Of a stretch of DNA of 64,000 nucleotides, positions 18,952 to 28,920 are shown piece after piece. Each line of letters opens with the position of its first letter. Position 1 is the stretch's first letter. This DNA is from an uncultured Candidatus Saccharibacteria bacterium (GTDB lineage Bacteria > Patescibacteriota > Minisyncoccia > Phycocordibacterales > UBA9973), in assembly GCA_964474375.1 (NCBI GenBank), contig CAYYSG010000002.1, forward strand, positions 980 to 64,979, in the 5' to 3' direction. The position numbers and the translations under genes were made by a program. The notes under the pieces were generated by a model that saw nothing but the letters and a program-made list of their open reading frames with translations, was not told the origin of the DNA and made no database searches.

Positions 18952-19377
18952 TTATTTCTTACCAGTAGAGCCGAATCCTGCATCGCCTCGTGAGGAATCA
19001 GCTAAATCTGTTACTTCTATAATTTCTGGAGTTGAGACTTGTTGCAACAATAACTGACATATCTTATCGCCTGCTTCAAAAGAATATTCTTCGTTAGAAA
19101 GGTTTATTAAACCTATAAATATTTCACCTCGATAGCCAGCGTCAATTACTCCGCCAATGGTTTCAATTCCAGCCTTGGACGCAAGAGATGATTTACCCCA
19201 AGCTAGCAAAACATAACCGTTAGGTATTTCAGCGCTGAAACCAACTGGTACGAATTTCCTCTCGCCTGGAATTAACTTAAAAGAATCTGGGGTATAAATA
19301 TCCATACCTGCATCCCCAGCATGCGCATAGGTAGGCAACTTTGCATCATCTTTTAGCCTCTTAATTTTGATTTGCAT
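18952..19377 (-). CDS. dut: dUTP diphosphatase
   Basis: AGDAGMDIY, RGEI, C-terminal RGDAGFGSTGK motifs. Confidence 0.9.
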   Translation of the reverse strand: MQIKIKRLKDDAKLPTYAHAGDAGMDIYTPDSFKLIPGERKFVPVGFSAEIPNGYVLLAWGKSSLASKAGIETIGGVIDAGYRGEIFIGLINLSNEEYSFEAGDKICQLLLQQVSTPEIIEVTDLADSSRGDAGFGSTGKK

Positions 19378-19417
19378 ATAAATTGTATTCTATAAGAAAT
19401 GAGCGTAAAATAAAAGC

Positions 19418-19942
19418 ATGAATAATATACATCCACTACTAGTGCATTTCCCTGTTGCACTACTGTCTTTTTATGCAGTTTTAGAAATAATATCTTTTAA
19501 AAAAGTTCGATCTATTTTTTGGATATTTTATGTAAAAGCAGTATTAGTTATAGGTGGTTTTATTGGTGGTTTACTTGCTTCAAGTAGTGGCGAGGCTATT
19601 GAACACAACTTCCCTATGAAAGAAAATTTGATTGAAATCCATAGCTTTTGGGCTGGAACAACGAATGTAATTTTTGGAATTATTGCTGTAGTTTATTTGA
19701 TAGTTTGGATACACAAAAGCAACATCATAAAACTATTACCGGAAACAGTAATGGGTAAAATTTGGCGTATGAAAGTAATGGTGGCGGAGAAGATTCTTTA
19801 TGCAAGATCAATGATGCTAATATTAGCCATGGCTGGAATAATAGCTGTTACTATTACTGGTGCGCTAGGTGCAAGCATAGTCTACGGACCAGAAATAGAC
19901 CCAATAGTTAAATTCATCTATACAAAATTAATCGGTGTATAA
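19418..19942 (+). CDS. membrane protein (DUF2231-like, HPLLVHFPVAL N-terminus)
   Basis: 174 aa, 4 TM helices. Confidence 0.45.
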   Translation: MNNIHPLLVHFPVALLSFYAVLEIISFKKVRSIFWIFYVKAVLVIGGFIGGLLASSSGEAIEHNFPMKENLIEIHSFWAGTTNVIFGIIAVVYLIVWIHKSNIIKLLPETVMGKIWRMKVMVAEKILYARSMMLILAMAGIIAVTITGALGASIVYGPEIDPIVKFIYTKLIGV

Positions 19943-19954
19943 ATAAATAATAAA

Positions 19955-19979
19955 ATGTGCAACACCGGGTGTTGCACAT
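19955..19979. terminator. bidirectional terminator (atgtgcaacacc g ggtgttgcacat)
   Basis: Perfect 12-bp stem between convergent genes. Confidence 0.6.
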
Positions 19980-19992
19980 TTATAAAATAACT

Positions 19993-20595
19993 TTATAGAT
20001 TTTTTTCTATTTCTTTCCAGATCTGATCAGCAATTACCGCGCGATCTTGATTTGCATTTATAATAGTCCAGTTCAAATCGTTGCCAAGTTCAAGGTGAAT
20101 TTTGCGAATTTTGTTTGTTTTTTCATCATCAGTCTCAAAACGATGACCAGACTCTATACTTTCTAAGTATCGATTTCCATCTAATAGCACTGAAATATCC
20201 GGCTCTATTAAACCCTGATTTATTTCAAGAAGAAAATCTTTTTCAAGACCATCGCCCATACCATACGCGATGCCGGTACCTGTATACATTTCTGCAATAA
20301 TAATATCAGTGTCAGAAAGTAGCTCTTCAAGTCTAGGCTCAAAATCTTTTCTATTTTGTGCACATAATTCTTGTAACTGTTTTGCGCTTAGATTTTCTGG
20401 ATTACCTTGTTTCAGTACAGCATGTATCTGAGGACCAGTAGGCGCAAGATCATAAATAGGATACTTTAACATTTTAAAACTTAAACCCTGAGTTATTAGT
20501 CTCTTTTCTAGGATTTCCATTTGAGTCGTTTTACCAACGTTAGTTACACCCATTATTGTTACTAGCTTGCCTTTGTTTTTAGATAATTTATTCAT
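19993..20595 (-). CDS. thymidylate kinase-like P-loop nucleotide kinase
   Basis: GVTNVGKTTQ Walker A (Tmk-type GKTTQ), about 200 aa; lies in the dut / nrdAB gene neighbourhood. Confidence 0.5.
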   Translation of the reverse strand: MNKLSKNKGKLVTIMGVTNVGKTTQMEILEKRLITQGLSFKMLKYPIYDLAPTGPQIHAVLKQGNPENLSAKQLQELCAQNRKDFEPRLEELLSDTDIIIAEMYTGTGIAYGMGDGLEKDFLLEINQGLIEPDISVLLDGNRYLESIESGHRFETDDEKTNKIRKIHLELGNDLNWTIINANQDRAVIADQIWKEIEKNL

Positions 20596-20638
20596 AATAC
20601 TTTTTTGTGAGTATACATCAAATAATAATTACAGCAAA

Positions 20639-21019
20639 CTATGCAGCTATGGATTCTGTTGTTTCAGAATATAACTCTTTTAATTCAGACATTATTTCAC
20701 TCCGACTTATATCTTTGTTTTTAATCTTTTCCACAAGCCTGTTAAATTGAGCAACATAGCCAGGATAAAGTTCATCTACTTTATCACTATTGTATTCCAT
20801 TCCTTTGTCTTGATAGTATTCGTCGAACTTTTTAATATCGTAACCTTCAATTTTTTTAAAAAAGTCCTCATCACTTAGTGCACTAAGTGACGCCAGTCTT
20901 TCAATAGCAGAAAATTCATTATAAGCATCCTGAACTAGCATTTTGTAATGAAGATCATCTTTGTTATCCAAAGACGTATCTTTATTTGTTTCTAGCCTAA
21001 TTTTAGGATTATTTTCCAT
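20639..21019 (-). CDS. hypothetical acidic protein
   Basis: 126-aa ORF, no motif. Confidence 0.4.
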   Translation of the reverse strand: MENNPKIRLETNKDTSLDNKDDLHYKMLVQDAYNEFSAIERLASLSALSDEDFFKKIEGYDIKKFDEYYQDKGMEYNSDKVDELYPGYVAQFNRLVEKIKNKDISRSEIMSELKELYSETTESIAA

Positions 21020-21021
21020 AA

Positions 21022-21831
21022 TTAATTATCTTCAGATTCTATTAATTTTATTGCTTTGTTCATATCATCCGGCAAAGGTGCAATATAACGCACGGTTTTG
21101 CCAGTTGTTGGGTGTTTGATAGTTATGTCTTCCGCATGCAGGGCTTGGCGTTCCATACCAAACATTTTCGGGATATAAGATGCATAAAGCTGGTCACCAA
21201 TAATTGGGTGCTGGATGTATTGCATATGTACACGGATTTGGTGTGTCCGCCCTGTTTCTGGGTATATGTCCACGATACTAACACTGTAAGTCTGCCCATC
21301 ATCGGGACCAGTGGTTTTACCTGACCTAAGAGCCATGTAGCGAGTTACAGCTTCTCTTTTTTCACCACGTGCATGCACACCAGCTGCCCATTTGCGGATG
21401 TCTTGGTTGGACCGACCAATGGGTTCTTTTATGATACCCCGTGGTGCTCGAAATGTACCCATAACAATGGCTTTATAGTGCTTCTTTACTGTATGGTCCT
21501 GAAACTGACTTTTTAAAGAGTCATAGGCTTCGGCAGTTTTTGCTATTACCATGACTCCGCTAGTATCCCGGTCCAGCCTATGCATAATACCCGGACGTAG
21601 TATGACCTCGCCTGTTTCTAGTGTTAGTGGTTCTCCTATGAATTTCATTTCAGGTCTTTCTTCTAGCAATATTTCAGAAAGAGTTTCAAACTTGGCTTTA
21701 CCGTCAGGGTGCACAGTCAGTCCAGCGGGTTTGTTGATAACGATAATTGAGTCGTCTTCGTGGATTATAAGGTTAGCTAATTTCATAACCCTACTATAGC
21801 GCGATTTCGGATATTTAAAAAGCCCTATCAA
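21022..21831 (-). CDS. RluA-family pseudouridine synthase
   Basis: HRLDRDTSGVMVIAK catalytic motif. Confidence 0.8.
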   Translation of the reverse strand: MIGLFKYPKSRYSRVMKLANLIIHEDDSIIVINKPAGLTVHPDGKAKFETLSEILLEERPEMKFIGEPLTLETGEVILRPGIMHRLDRDTSGVMVIAKTAEAYDSLKSQFQDHTVKKHYKAIVMGTFRAPRGIIKEPIGRSNQDIRKWAAGVHARGEKREAVTRYMALRSGKTTGPDDGQTYSVSIVDIYPETGRTHQIRVHMQYIQHPIIGDQLYASYIPKMFGMERQALHAEDITIKHPTTGKTVRYIAPLPDDMNKAIKLIESEDN

Positions 21832-21849
21832 ATAGGACTTTTTAAATGG

Positions 21850-22857
21850 TTATTTATCTCCTTCTTCTTCTTTTTTACTACTGTGGCCAGATGCATCCAC
21901 TTCGTAACTAGTATTTTGAGCTTCAAAAAAGTTTACAAGCTCATAAACATCGTTTGCTGTGGACATCCATTTAGCAGGATTAGTTACATTGTAGTGAGCA
22001 GGCAGACCTAGTTCTTCTAAACGTCTGTCAGCTATGTATTGTACGTATTGGTTTACATACTCAGCATTCAGCCCTAGTATTCCACGTGGGAACAAATCTT
22101 TGTTATAAGCAACTTCTAAATCTACTCCTTCGATAATTATACTTCGAATTTCTTCAGCGAATTCTTCTGTCAGTAAGTCAGGGTTTTCTTCCAAGGAATT
22201 CATAATTAGCCCGATTCCGAATTTAAGATGTAGTGATTCATCACGAACAACCCAGTTAATCATTGAGCCCAAGTTGCGTAATAAATTACGTTGACGGAAT
22301 GACAGCGCCACCATGAATCCAGTGTAAAACCAAACACCTTCCATAACGATATTAGTTGCAACCAGGTTACGGATGAATTCTTTTTTACCTTCAATAGTTT
22401 CGATGTCTAAAGACATCTCGGTCATGCGCATTAAATACTTTTCAATGAAAGCTTCTTTCTTTTTCATTGAGTCAGTATTCAAATGAACCTTGTAAACTTC
22501 TTCGCGGTCCAGTGGAAATGTTTCGAGTACGTATTCAAAAGCCACACAGTGGTTAGCTTCTTCCCACATTTGTTTTGCTAAATACAAATGAGCTTCAGGG
22601 GCTTTGACATAAGGATACACGCCCAAAGCTAGTGACCTATTCACAATTAGTTCAGCTGGGTTAAAGAATGCCATCAGGAATGACAATGCATGCTTTTCAT
22701 CATCGGTCATTTTTTTCCAGTCAGCCAAATCTTCACCAAGAGCAATTTCGTGCGGGAACCAAGTATTTCTGACAGCTTGTTGATACAAATCATATGCCCA
22801 CTTGTGGTGCATTGGGTGCAAGGTTGTATCTGCTGGTGCGGGTTTTCCTAATAACAT
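21850..22857 (-). CDS. nrdB: ribonucleotide reductase class I beta subunit
   Basis: Ferritin-like di-iron fold residues (EEANHC, RDESLH), length 335. Confidence 0.85.
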   Translation of the reverse strand: MLLGKPAPADTTLHPMHHKWAYDLYQQAVRNTWFPHEIALGEDLADWKKMTDDEKHALSFLMAFFNPAELIVNRSLALGVYPYVKAPEAHLYLAKQMWEEANHCVAFEYVLETFPLDREEVYKVHLNTDSMKKKEAFIEKYLMRMTEMSLDIETIEGKKEFIRNLVATNIVMEGVWFYTGFMVALSFRQRNLLRNLGSMINWVVRDESLHLKFGIGLIMNSLEENPDLLTEEFAEEIRSIIIEGVDLEVAYNKDLFPRGILGLNAEYVNQYVQYIADRRLEELGLPAHYNVTNPAKWMSTANDVYELVNFFEAQNTSYEVDASGHSSKKEEEGDK

Positions 22858-22881
22858 ATGTAATTATTTTATATGATTAAT

Positions 22882-25419
22882 TTACTGACAGCCTTCACAA
22901 GTGAGAGCATCTTGCGGGTCAACAGGAGCATGAACTTTGACTTCGGGTTTGTCGTTATGAGCTGGTACAACAACATCAGAATCAAGTGAAGTGACAACAG
23001 GGTCAACGGATTCTATATTCATAACAGGACTAACTGCTTTCATTTTAAGAGCGGCGAATCCGACTTTACCTAGAGACTGCGATTTGTTTACAGACACAGT
23101 ACTTTGCTCAGCAGTGTGACGTGGCTTCATATGAAGATAATAAGTAGTCTTCAAACCTTTTTGCCAAGCAGTAGTATAGACTTTTGAAACTTCATCAATA
23201 TCACGACTTTCAAGGTACATATTACGCGATATTGCTTGGTCTACCCATTTTTGAGCTCTGGCTGCAACTTCAATAAAAGCAAATGGTGACACAGAGAATG
23301 ATGTTTTGTAAATGTGCTTTATTCTGTCGGGTATTTCGTCTATTTCACTAATGTCTCCTTGGTTAGCAAGTATCTTTGACGAAACTTTGTCCCAAAGATT
23401 TTCTTTTTTCAAATCAGCAATCAGGTTAGGATTTACTTCCAGATATTTACCAGATATTTTGTTACGTGAGAACATTTGCGCAAAACGTGGATCAATACCA
23501 GGAGAAGTTCCTGCTACTAGTCCAATGTTGGCATTCGGTGCAATAGCCATAACAGTAGCGTTGCGGACTCCATTTTTGACCTTTCTCCGGAGATTATCCC
23601 AATCAAGTATAGGGTTAACTAATGCTGAGACTTTCGGAACTGTTAGTTCTTCCCCACGCTCGTATTCTAGAACTGCAAGTGTGTCTATTGGTACCATACC
23701 ACGGCTCCAACCAGACCCAGGGAAATTCTTATAAGCTCCACGCTCATTTGCTAAGTTAGCTGATTCGTCTATTGCGCAGTATGATATGAATTCAAAAACC
23801 TTGTCAGCTATTTCAAAAGCATCTTTGTCTTCATATGAAAAACCTAGTTTTTCTATTGTATCAGTGAATCCCATTAGTCCTAGTCCAACTGCTCGGTTTT
23901 CACTGTCAGCTTTGACGGCTTCGGCAATAGGTGGACGGTTAACTTCGATAAGGTTGTCGAGCTGTCTGATAGCTAGACGTGTTGATTCTTCGAGTAGCGG
24001 CCAGTTTATTTCCTTACCTTCTAAATGTTTCGGTAGGTTGATAGATATTAGGTTACAAACAGCGACTTCATCTTTACTAGTAGGCAAAGTAACTTCGGTA
24101 CAAAGGTTAGAACAATGAATTGTACCAGTATTGTTGTTTAGTGCACGAGCATTGATTGTGTCTTTCCAAGTTAGCCATGGGTGTGAAGTAGTCTCAAGCA
24201 TCACAATGATGTTTTTGTATTGCTGAGAAGCTGGGAGTTTTGTAAATAACTTTATTTTACCTTCATCGGCCATTTGGCAGTATTCGTTGTATCTTTTTGA
24301 AAAAGCATCACCATATAGTTCGTTCAAATCTTTTACTTCTTTTGGGTCAAATAGGTACCAGTCTTCCCCTGCAGTTACGCGACGCATAAATTCGTCGGAT
24401 ATAAATACAGCAGTATTTGCAGTACGAGCACGACGATAGTCATCCCCTGCATTTTGTTTCAAATCTAAAAAGTCTTGGAAATTAAGATGCCAGTTTTCCA
24501 TATAGAAACACAGTGCGCCTTTTTTCTTACCGCCACGCTGTACCGCACGAACCGCAGAGTCAATGATATGCAAAAATGGGATAGGGCCACTAGATGCTGT
24601 GTTGTTAGATGACAGGATCGAACCTTCGGCACGAAGCTTTGTAACAGATAGCCCAATACCACCGGTGGCTTTGGATAGAAGCAATACATCAGAAACTGTT
24701 TTACCGATGTGTTCCATGTCATCATGAACTTCCATAAGATAACAATTAGAAAGTGATGACCTGTTAGTACCAGCACCAATGTTAGTTGACCCAGCTGAAA
24801 GATATTCCAGACGTGACATTTTGTTATAGAATTTCTCCGCCCAAGCATTTGGGTCAGATTCTTTTACTGACATAGCCATAGCAATACGCATCCAGAAATA
24901 TTGAGGAGTCTCCACAGGGTGACCATCCTCACCTTTGGTAAGATAGCGGTTCTGCATAGAAGAAAGTCCTGAGTAGTAATATAGTTCGTCTCTTTCGGTA
25001 TTCAGCACAGAAGCCAAACGGTCCAAATCAAACTTTTCACCCAAGTCTTTGTGGATCATATTGTTTTCGACGCCTTCTAGAATGAACTTTTTAAAGCCAT
25101 TTTTGTGGACATTTATGAAATCTGCCTCGGAATATGAGCCTAATACTCTTTTATATATGACTTTTAGAAGTAGTCTGGTTGCGATTTTGTCGAATTCGAT
25201 GTCTTCTTGAGCATTCTGCAGAGATGCATTAATAGTAGCAATGTCTAATTCATCAGTCGTGATACCGTCATACAAAGTAAGTTGTGTTTCAGAAGCAATC
25301 TGCATTACCTTGGAAGTAATATCAGTAAGACCCATTGCCGCACGTTCAATAGAGCGGTTTATATGGTCAGCATTGAACGGTTCTTTTGTACCGTCACGGT
25401 GGGTGATGTTAATCGACAT
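22882..25419 (-). CDS. nrdA: ribonucleotide reductase class I alpha subunit with N-terminal ATP-cone
   Basis: ATP-cone ITHRDGTKEPFNADHI, catalytic core (NLCTEV), C-terminal Cys pair. Confidence 0.85.
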   Translation of the reverse strand: MSINITHRDGTKEPFNADHINRSIERAAMGLTDITSKVMQIASETQLTLYDGITTDELDIATINASLQNAQEDIEFDKIATRLLLKVIYKRVLGSYSEADFINVHKNGFKKFILEGVENNMIHKDLGEKFDLDRLASVLNTERDELYYYSGLSSMQNRYLTKGEDGHPVETPQYFWMRIAMAMSVKESDPNAWAEKFYNKMSRLEYLSAGSTNIGAGTNRSSLSNCYLMEVHDDMEHIGKTVSDVLLLSKATGGIGLSVTKLRAEGSILSSNNTASSGPIPFLHIIDSAVRAVQRGGKKKGALCFYMENWHLNFQDFLDLKQNAGDDYRRARTANTAVFISDEFMRRVTAGEDWYLFDPKEVKDLNELYGDAFSKRYNEYCQMADEGKIKLFTKLPASQQYKNIIVMLETTSHPWLTWKDTINARALNNNTGTIHCSNLCTEVTLPTSKDEVAVCNLISINLPKHLEGKEINWPLLEESTRLAIRQLDNLIEVNRPPIAEAVKADSENRAVGLGLMGFTDTIEKLGFSYEDKDAFEIADKVFEFISYCAIDESANLANERGAYKNFPGSGWSRGMVPIDTLAVLEYERGEELTVPKVSALVNPILDWDNLRRKVKNGVRNATVMAIAPNANIGLVAGTSPGIDPRFAQMFSRNKISGKYLEVNPNLIADLKKENLWDKVSSKILANQGDISEIDEIPDRIKHIYKTSFSVSPFAFIEVAARAQKWVDQAISRNMYLESRDIDEVSKVYTTAWQKGLKTTYYLHMKPRHTAEQSTVSVNKSQSLGKVGFAALKMKAVSPVMNIESVDPVVTSLDSDVVVPAHNDKPEVKVHAPVDPQDALTCEGCQ

Positions 25420-25555
25420 GTGTATTATTAATTATGATTAATCGAACAAATTAGAGCCTAGACTCTTATAATACCAAAATTGAGCCAACTGCGCACAGTG
25501 GAAAAGACCAAAATGGCACCTATAGTACCGAACACGGCATGCGTCAATACATAAA

Positions 25556-25591
25556 GAAAAAATGCTTTTATATAAAAGCATTTTTTCAGAG
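25556..25591. terminator. hairpin (aaaatgctttta tat aaaagcatttt) with flanking A/T runs
   Basis: Perfect palindrome read directly. Confidence 0.45.
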
Positions 25592-25606
25592 AATTTTATA
25601 TTTTTT

Positions 25607-25762
25607 CTAGAACCAACCAAGAAGGAATGCGAATGTAAAGAGAACTCCAAGAACACCTAGAACTGGGTGGATTTTCCAGAGTATAATATCAGCTACAATT
25701 ATAAGTAAAAAGTATATATAACCGATGCTTTGGATAGTAGCTAGGACTTTTGTGAAAAACAT
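25607..25762 (-). CDS. small (51 aa) membrane protein, not in ORF track
   Basis: ATG 1 nt after stop of upstream membrane gene; two hydrophobic helices; translated by hand. Confidence 0.3.
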   Translation of the reverse strand: MFFTKVLATIQSIGYIYFLLIIVADIILWKIHPVLGVLGVLFTFAFLLGWF

Positions 25763-25763
25763 A

Positions 25764-26537
25764 TTAATTTTGAGCCACACCTCCTACTGGAGATTCCGGC
25801 ATATTAGCTGATAATTCTAGGGGTTGGATTTCTGGAACAAGACTTGGTTCATTTGTTCGTGAAAAAGCCTTGTAAATCATGACTTGAGCAATAATTACTG
25901 TTGGTATTGCCCAAAATAGCCCGATAACCAAAGCCAGTAATCCCAAAACCATAACCAGTAGACCAAAAAGATTAAGAGCGATTAGCTTCCAGAAATAGCC
26001 TTTTGTAACTTTGTAGGAATTTTTTATGCTATCTATCACTCCAGAGCCAGTATCCAATGCAAAATACTTTGCCAAACTAAGACGAACAGACAAAAATATC
26101 GCTACAGGAATAGAAATAATCAAACCAAGAATTGCAAAGACTAATCCAATTGCAGCACTACCACCTACGCCAAGAGCTATGGCTAATACAATAACACCTA
26201 TTATAAAAGGAGCGATTGCTAATTTAGCTAAAATATCAGTAAAAAGCATTTTGAAGCCGTTCTTAGGCCAAATAAAAAATTCGGAGAAGCTAACAGTTTT
26301 GTCGTTTGTAATATCCAGAATAGCTCTATACATAGAAATTGATAAATAAATAGAACCCACAAAACTAACCAAACTACGCAAGAATACCATACTAGCACCC
26401 TTCTCCCCACTAGGATCAATAAAACTCAAGACAACAAAACAAAAACCTACTGCTAAAAATTTAAAGAAATTCTCTTTTGTTTTTTTGAAAGCCGAAAGAT
26501 ATAGGTCTTTGGCTTTTAAGGTAATATTATTTTCCAT
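25764..26537 (-). CDS. polytopic membrane protein, hypothetical
   Basis: 257 aa, 5-6 TM helices with Gly-zipper-rich segments. Confidence 0.5.
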   Translation of the reverse strand: MENNITLKAKDLYLSAFKKTKENFFKFLAVGFCFVVLSFIDPSGEKGASMVFLRSLVSFVGSIYLSISMYRAILDITNDKTVSFSEFFIWPKNGFKMLFTDILAKLAIAPFIIGVIVLAIALGVGGSAAIGLVFAILGLIISIPVAIFLSVRLSLAKYFALDTGSGVIDSIKNSYKVTKGYFWKLIALNLFGLLVMVLGLLALVIGLFWAIPTVIIAQVMIYKAFSRTNEPSLVPEIQPLELSANMPESPVGGVAQN

Positions 26538-26664
26538 ATATCCCTATTATAACATATATAGGTAAAGAAGTAAGCCCAGAAAGAACAAAACCCTCTTGCC
26601 AGTTGGCAGAGGGTTTTGTTGATAGTTTTTATACTTGTTAGTACATTTACTATTTTCAGTATTT

Positions 26665-27099
26665 TTAATCTAAGACTTGGATACCCATAGAACGAGCTGA
26701 TCCGGCAATGATTTTAACTGCACCTTCTAGGTCTTTAGCGTTTAGGTCTTGCATTTTCTTTTTTGCAATTTCTTCTGCTTGGGCGCGAGTTATTTTACCA
26801 GCTTTACTTGTTCCAGCTTTAGCTGCACCTTTTTCAAGACCAGCGGCTTTTAGGATAAGTCCTGATACAGGTGGTGTTTTGATAACGAATTCATAAGTTC
26901 TGTCTTCGAATACCTTTAATTTAACACCTAGTGTTTCGCCAAGATAGTCTTGTGATACTGCATTGAACTTTTGACAGAATTCTGCAATGTTCACACCGGC
27001 CTGACCAAGAACTGGACCAAGTGGTGGCGCTGGATTAGCTTTACCAGCTGGAGCTAAGAATTTTACATTCTTTATGATTTTTTTTCCTTGTGCTGCCAT
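26665..27099 (-). CDS. rplK: 50S ribosomal protein L11
   Basis: PAGKANPAPPLGPVLGQAGVNI conserved L11 N-domain. Confidence 0.95.
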   Translation of the reverse strand: MAAQGKKIIKNVKFLAPAGKANPAPPLGPVLGQAGVNIAEFCQKFNAVSQDYLGETLGVKLKVFEDRTYEFVIKTPPVSGLILKAAGLEKGAAKAGTSKAGKITRAQAEEIAKKKMQDLNAKDLEGAVKIIAGSARSMGIQVLD

Positions 27100-27184
27100 A
27101 TAATTTGTTATTATTTATTGTCGCCCCGGGAGAAGCGTGCTCGCGACATATATTTCGAGCCCCGGAACTATTTGTATTAATCTA

Positions 27185-27730
27185 CTATATTTTTTTTATC
27201 TGTAAGAAGTCAAGTTCGACTGGAGTTTCGCGACCGAAGAGCGATACTAGGACTTTTACTTTACCATGGACTGTATCAACTTCGGAAACAACGCCTTCTA
27301 AGTCTTTGAATGGGCCGTCATTGATTCTTACTGGTTCATCCACACTGTATAGTGCAGCAAATTCAGCTGTAGTATCGTTGTTCATTGTCTTGAATAGTGC
27401 TTCGACTTCGTCTGGTCTTAGTGGAACTGGGTTTACCCCTGCTCCAACGAATCCTGTAACACGTGGAGTATTACGTACTACGTACCATGAATCATCGGTT
27501 ACTATCATGTCGACAAGAACATAACCAGGATAGGTTTTTTCTTCTACTTCAACACGTTTATTACCTTTGATTTTGATTTTCTTTTCAGTTGGGACTACTA
27601 CGTTGAAAATCTTTTCTTGCATTCCTAGAGAGTCAATACGCTGTTTTAAATTTCGAAGAACTGCATTTTCATAACCAGCATATGTATGTACTGCGTACCA
27701 GTTACGATTTCCTTCACCTTGTTTTGCCAT
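27185..27730 (-). CDS. nusG: transcription termination/antitermination factor NusG
   Basis: WYAVHTYAGYE NGN domain, KOW GPFKDLEGVV. Confidence 0.9.
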   Translation of the reverse strand: MAKQGEGNRNWYAVHTYAGYENAVLRNLKQRIDSLGMQEKIFNVVVPTEKKIKIKGNKRVEVEEKTYPGYVLVDMIVTDDSWYVVRNTPRVTGFVGAGVNPVPLRPDEVEALFKTMNNDTTAEFAALYSVDEPVRINDGPFKDLEGVVSEVDTVHGKVKVLVSLFGRETPVELDFLQIKKI

Positions 27731-27752
27731 ATATTTCTAAATAATTAAGCTT

Positions 27753-27938
27753 TTAAAGACCCAAAGCACGAGCAAGACCGAATTTAAAAATAGAATCAAA
27801 CACGCCAGAAAGATAACCAACAACAAGTGCCACAACTATAACAATAGCTGTGTGCGTAAATGTAACTGGCCATTTTGGCCAAACTACGTTTTTTAGTTCT
27901 ATCTTGGTCTCATTAAGATATTTCGCGATTTTTTGCAT
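27753..27938 (-). CDS. secE: preprotein translocase subunit SecE
   Basis: 61 aa, single TM, conserved secE-nusG-rplK order. Confidence 0.8.
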   Translation of the reverse strand: MQKIAKYLNETKIELKNVVWPKWPVTFTHTAIVIVVALVVGYLSGVFDSIFKFGLARALGL

Positions 27939-28044
27939 AAATTTATAAAAATTGAGGTATTAAAAATTCGGGTAATTTTAAAAGCCCTCGCGGGGCCTTA
28001 TATTTATATAATACCAAGACCCAAGACAAAAGTCAATATAACAA

Positions 28045-28069
28045 AAACCCCTGCAATGCAGGGGTTTTT
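28045..28069 (-). terminator. intrinsic terminator (aaaacccctgca at gcaggggtttt)
   Basis: Perfect hairpin + T-run downstream of SIMPL gene. Confidence 0.6.
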
Positions 28070-28079
28070 AAGCTAAAAT

Positions 28080-28865
28080 TTAGCGGATTTCGTAAGTAAT
28101 TGTTACGTTTGATACGTATTTATTCTCGCCGGCTGGCAATTCTGGAGTAACTGATGCGTCCATTGCCATTTCTACTTTAGCCATAGAACCATAAGCAAGT
28201 GGGTACATACCACCACCAGTGTTTTCAGAGAAAGATTGAATATCCCCTAGGCGAACCCCAAGCTGTTTGGATAGCTTCATTGCTTTTACTTTGGCATCCA
28301 CGATTGCGTCTTGGCGAGCTTTAGCATTGGCTTCATCTTCGTCAGCCAAAGTAAATTCAGGACCATATACGTTAGTAGCGCCCCATTCAGCTAGTTTGCC
28401 TGCGACTTCGCCTGCAGTATCTAGATTGTTGATTTTTACTGTTACTGATTGACTAAATGTATAACCGATTACTTTTGGGTTTCTTACTGGACAATTGTAT
28501 CCATAACAAGGCTGGTCGTATTCGTATTTTGGGTTAATTGAAAGATTTGTAGTTTTCAAATCTTTGTCGGCCATATTGTAGTCCTTTTTAAGAGATTCAA
28601 TTATGGTGTTTATGATAGCTGCCCCAGCGTCTTTGGCGTCCTTTTGAGTAGCACCATCCTTTTCAACTGAAAATGAAAAAGTAGCAGTATCAGGAACAGC
28701 AAAAAATTCACCTTCGCCTGATACTGTTATAGTTGCAGGTATTTTACCTTCGTAATTACCACGCATTGCATTTTTAGCACTAGATAGGAAAAATATAGCA
28801 ACTGACAAAACCCCTACTATTACTAATGCTTGCGTTATTTTTTTATTCTCGAACAAATTATTCAT
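28080..28865 (-). CDS. SIMPL-domain (DUF541, BP26/YggE-like) envelope protein
   Basis: N-terminal anchor, IxVxGxG....PDxA pattern and overall match to YggE-family layout. Confidence 0.65.
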   Translation of the reverse strand: MNNLFENKKITQALVIVGVLSVAIFFLSSAKNAMRGNYEGKIPATITVSGEGEFFAVPDTATFSFSVEKDGATQKDAKDAGAAIINTIIESLKKDYNMADKDLKTTNLSINPKYEYDQPCYGYNCPVRNPKVIGYTFSQSVTVKINNLDTAGEVAGKLAEWGATNVYGPEFTLADEDEANAKARQDAIVDAKVKAMKLSKQLGVRLGDIQSFSENTGGGMYPLAYGSMAKVEMAMDASVTPELPAGENKYVSNVTITYEIR

Positions 28866-28920
28866 ATATGTATAATTAACTTTTATAAAGCCAGTATAGC
28901 ATATAAAAATATCCCAAAAA

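Noticed and set aside
23312-24118. Plus-strand ORFs (140 and 110 aa) inside nrdA
   Set aside because: Antisense to a strongly supported conserved gene, low-complexity Ser/Leu-rich translations. Spurious.
25420-25555. Possible NrdR box or B12 riboswitch in the nrdA 5' UTR
   Set aside because: Only weak partial inverted repeats (for example ccaactgcgcacagtgg) and no convincing NrdR-box pair or B12 element.
25438-25656. 72-aa minus-strand ORF in the nrdA upstream region
   Set aside because: Overlaps the terminator hairpin and the likely nrdA 5' UTR, and has a Cys/His/Phe-rich improbable composition. A shorter 51-aa membrane ORF (25607-25762) in a different frame is more plausible.
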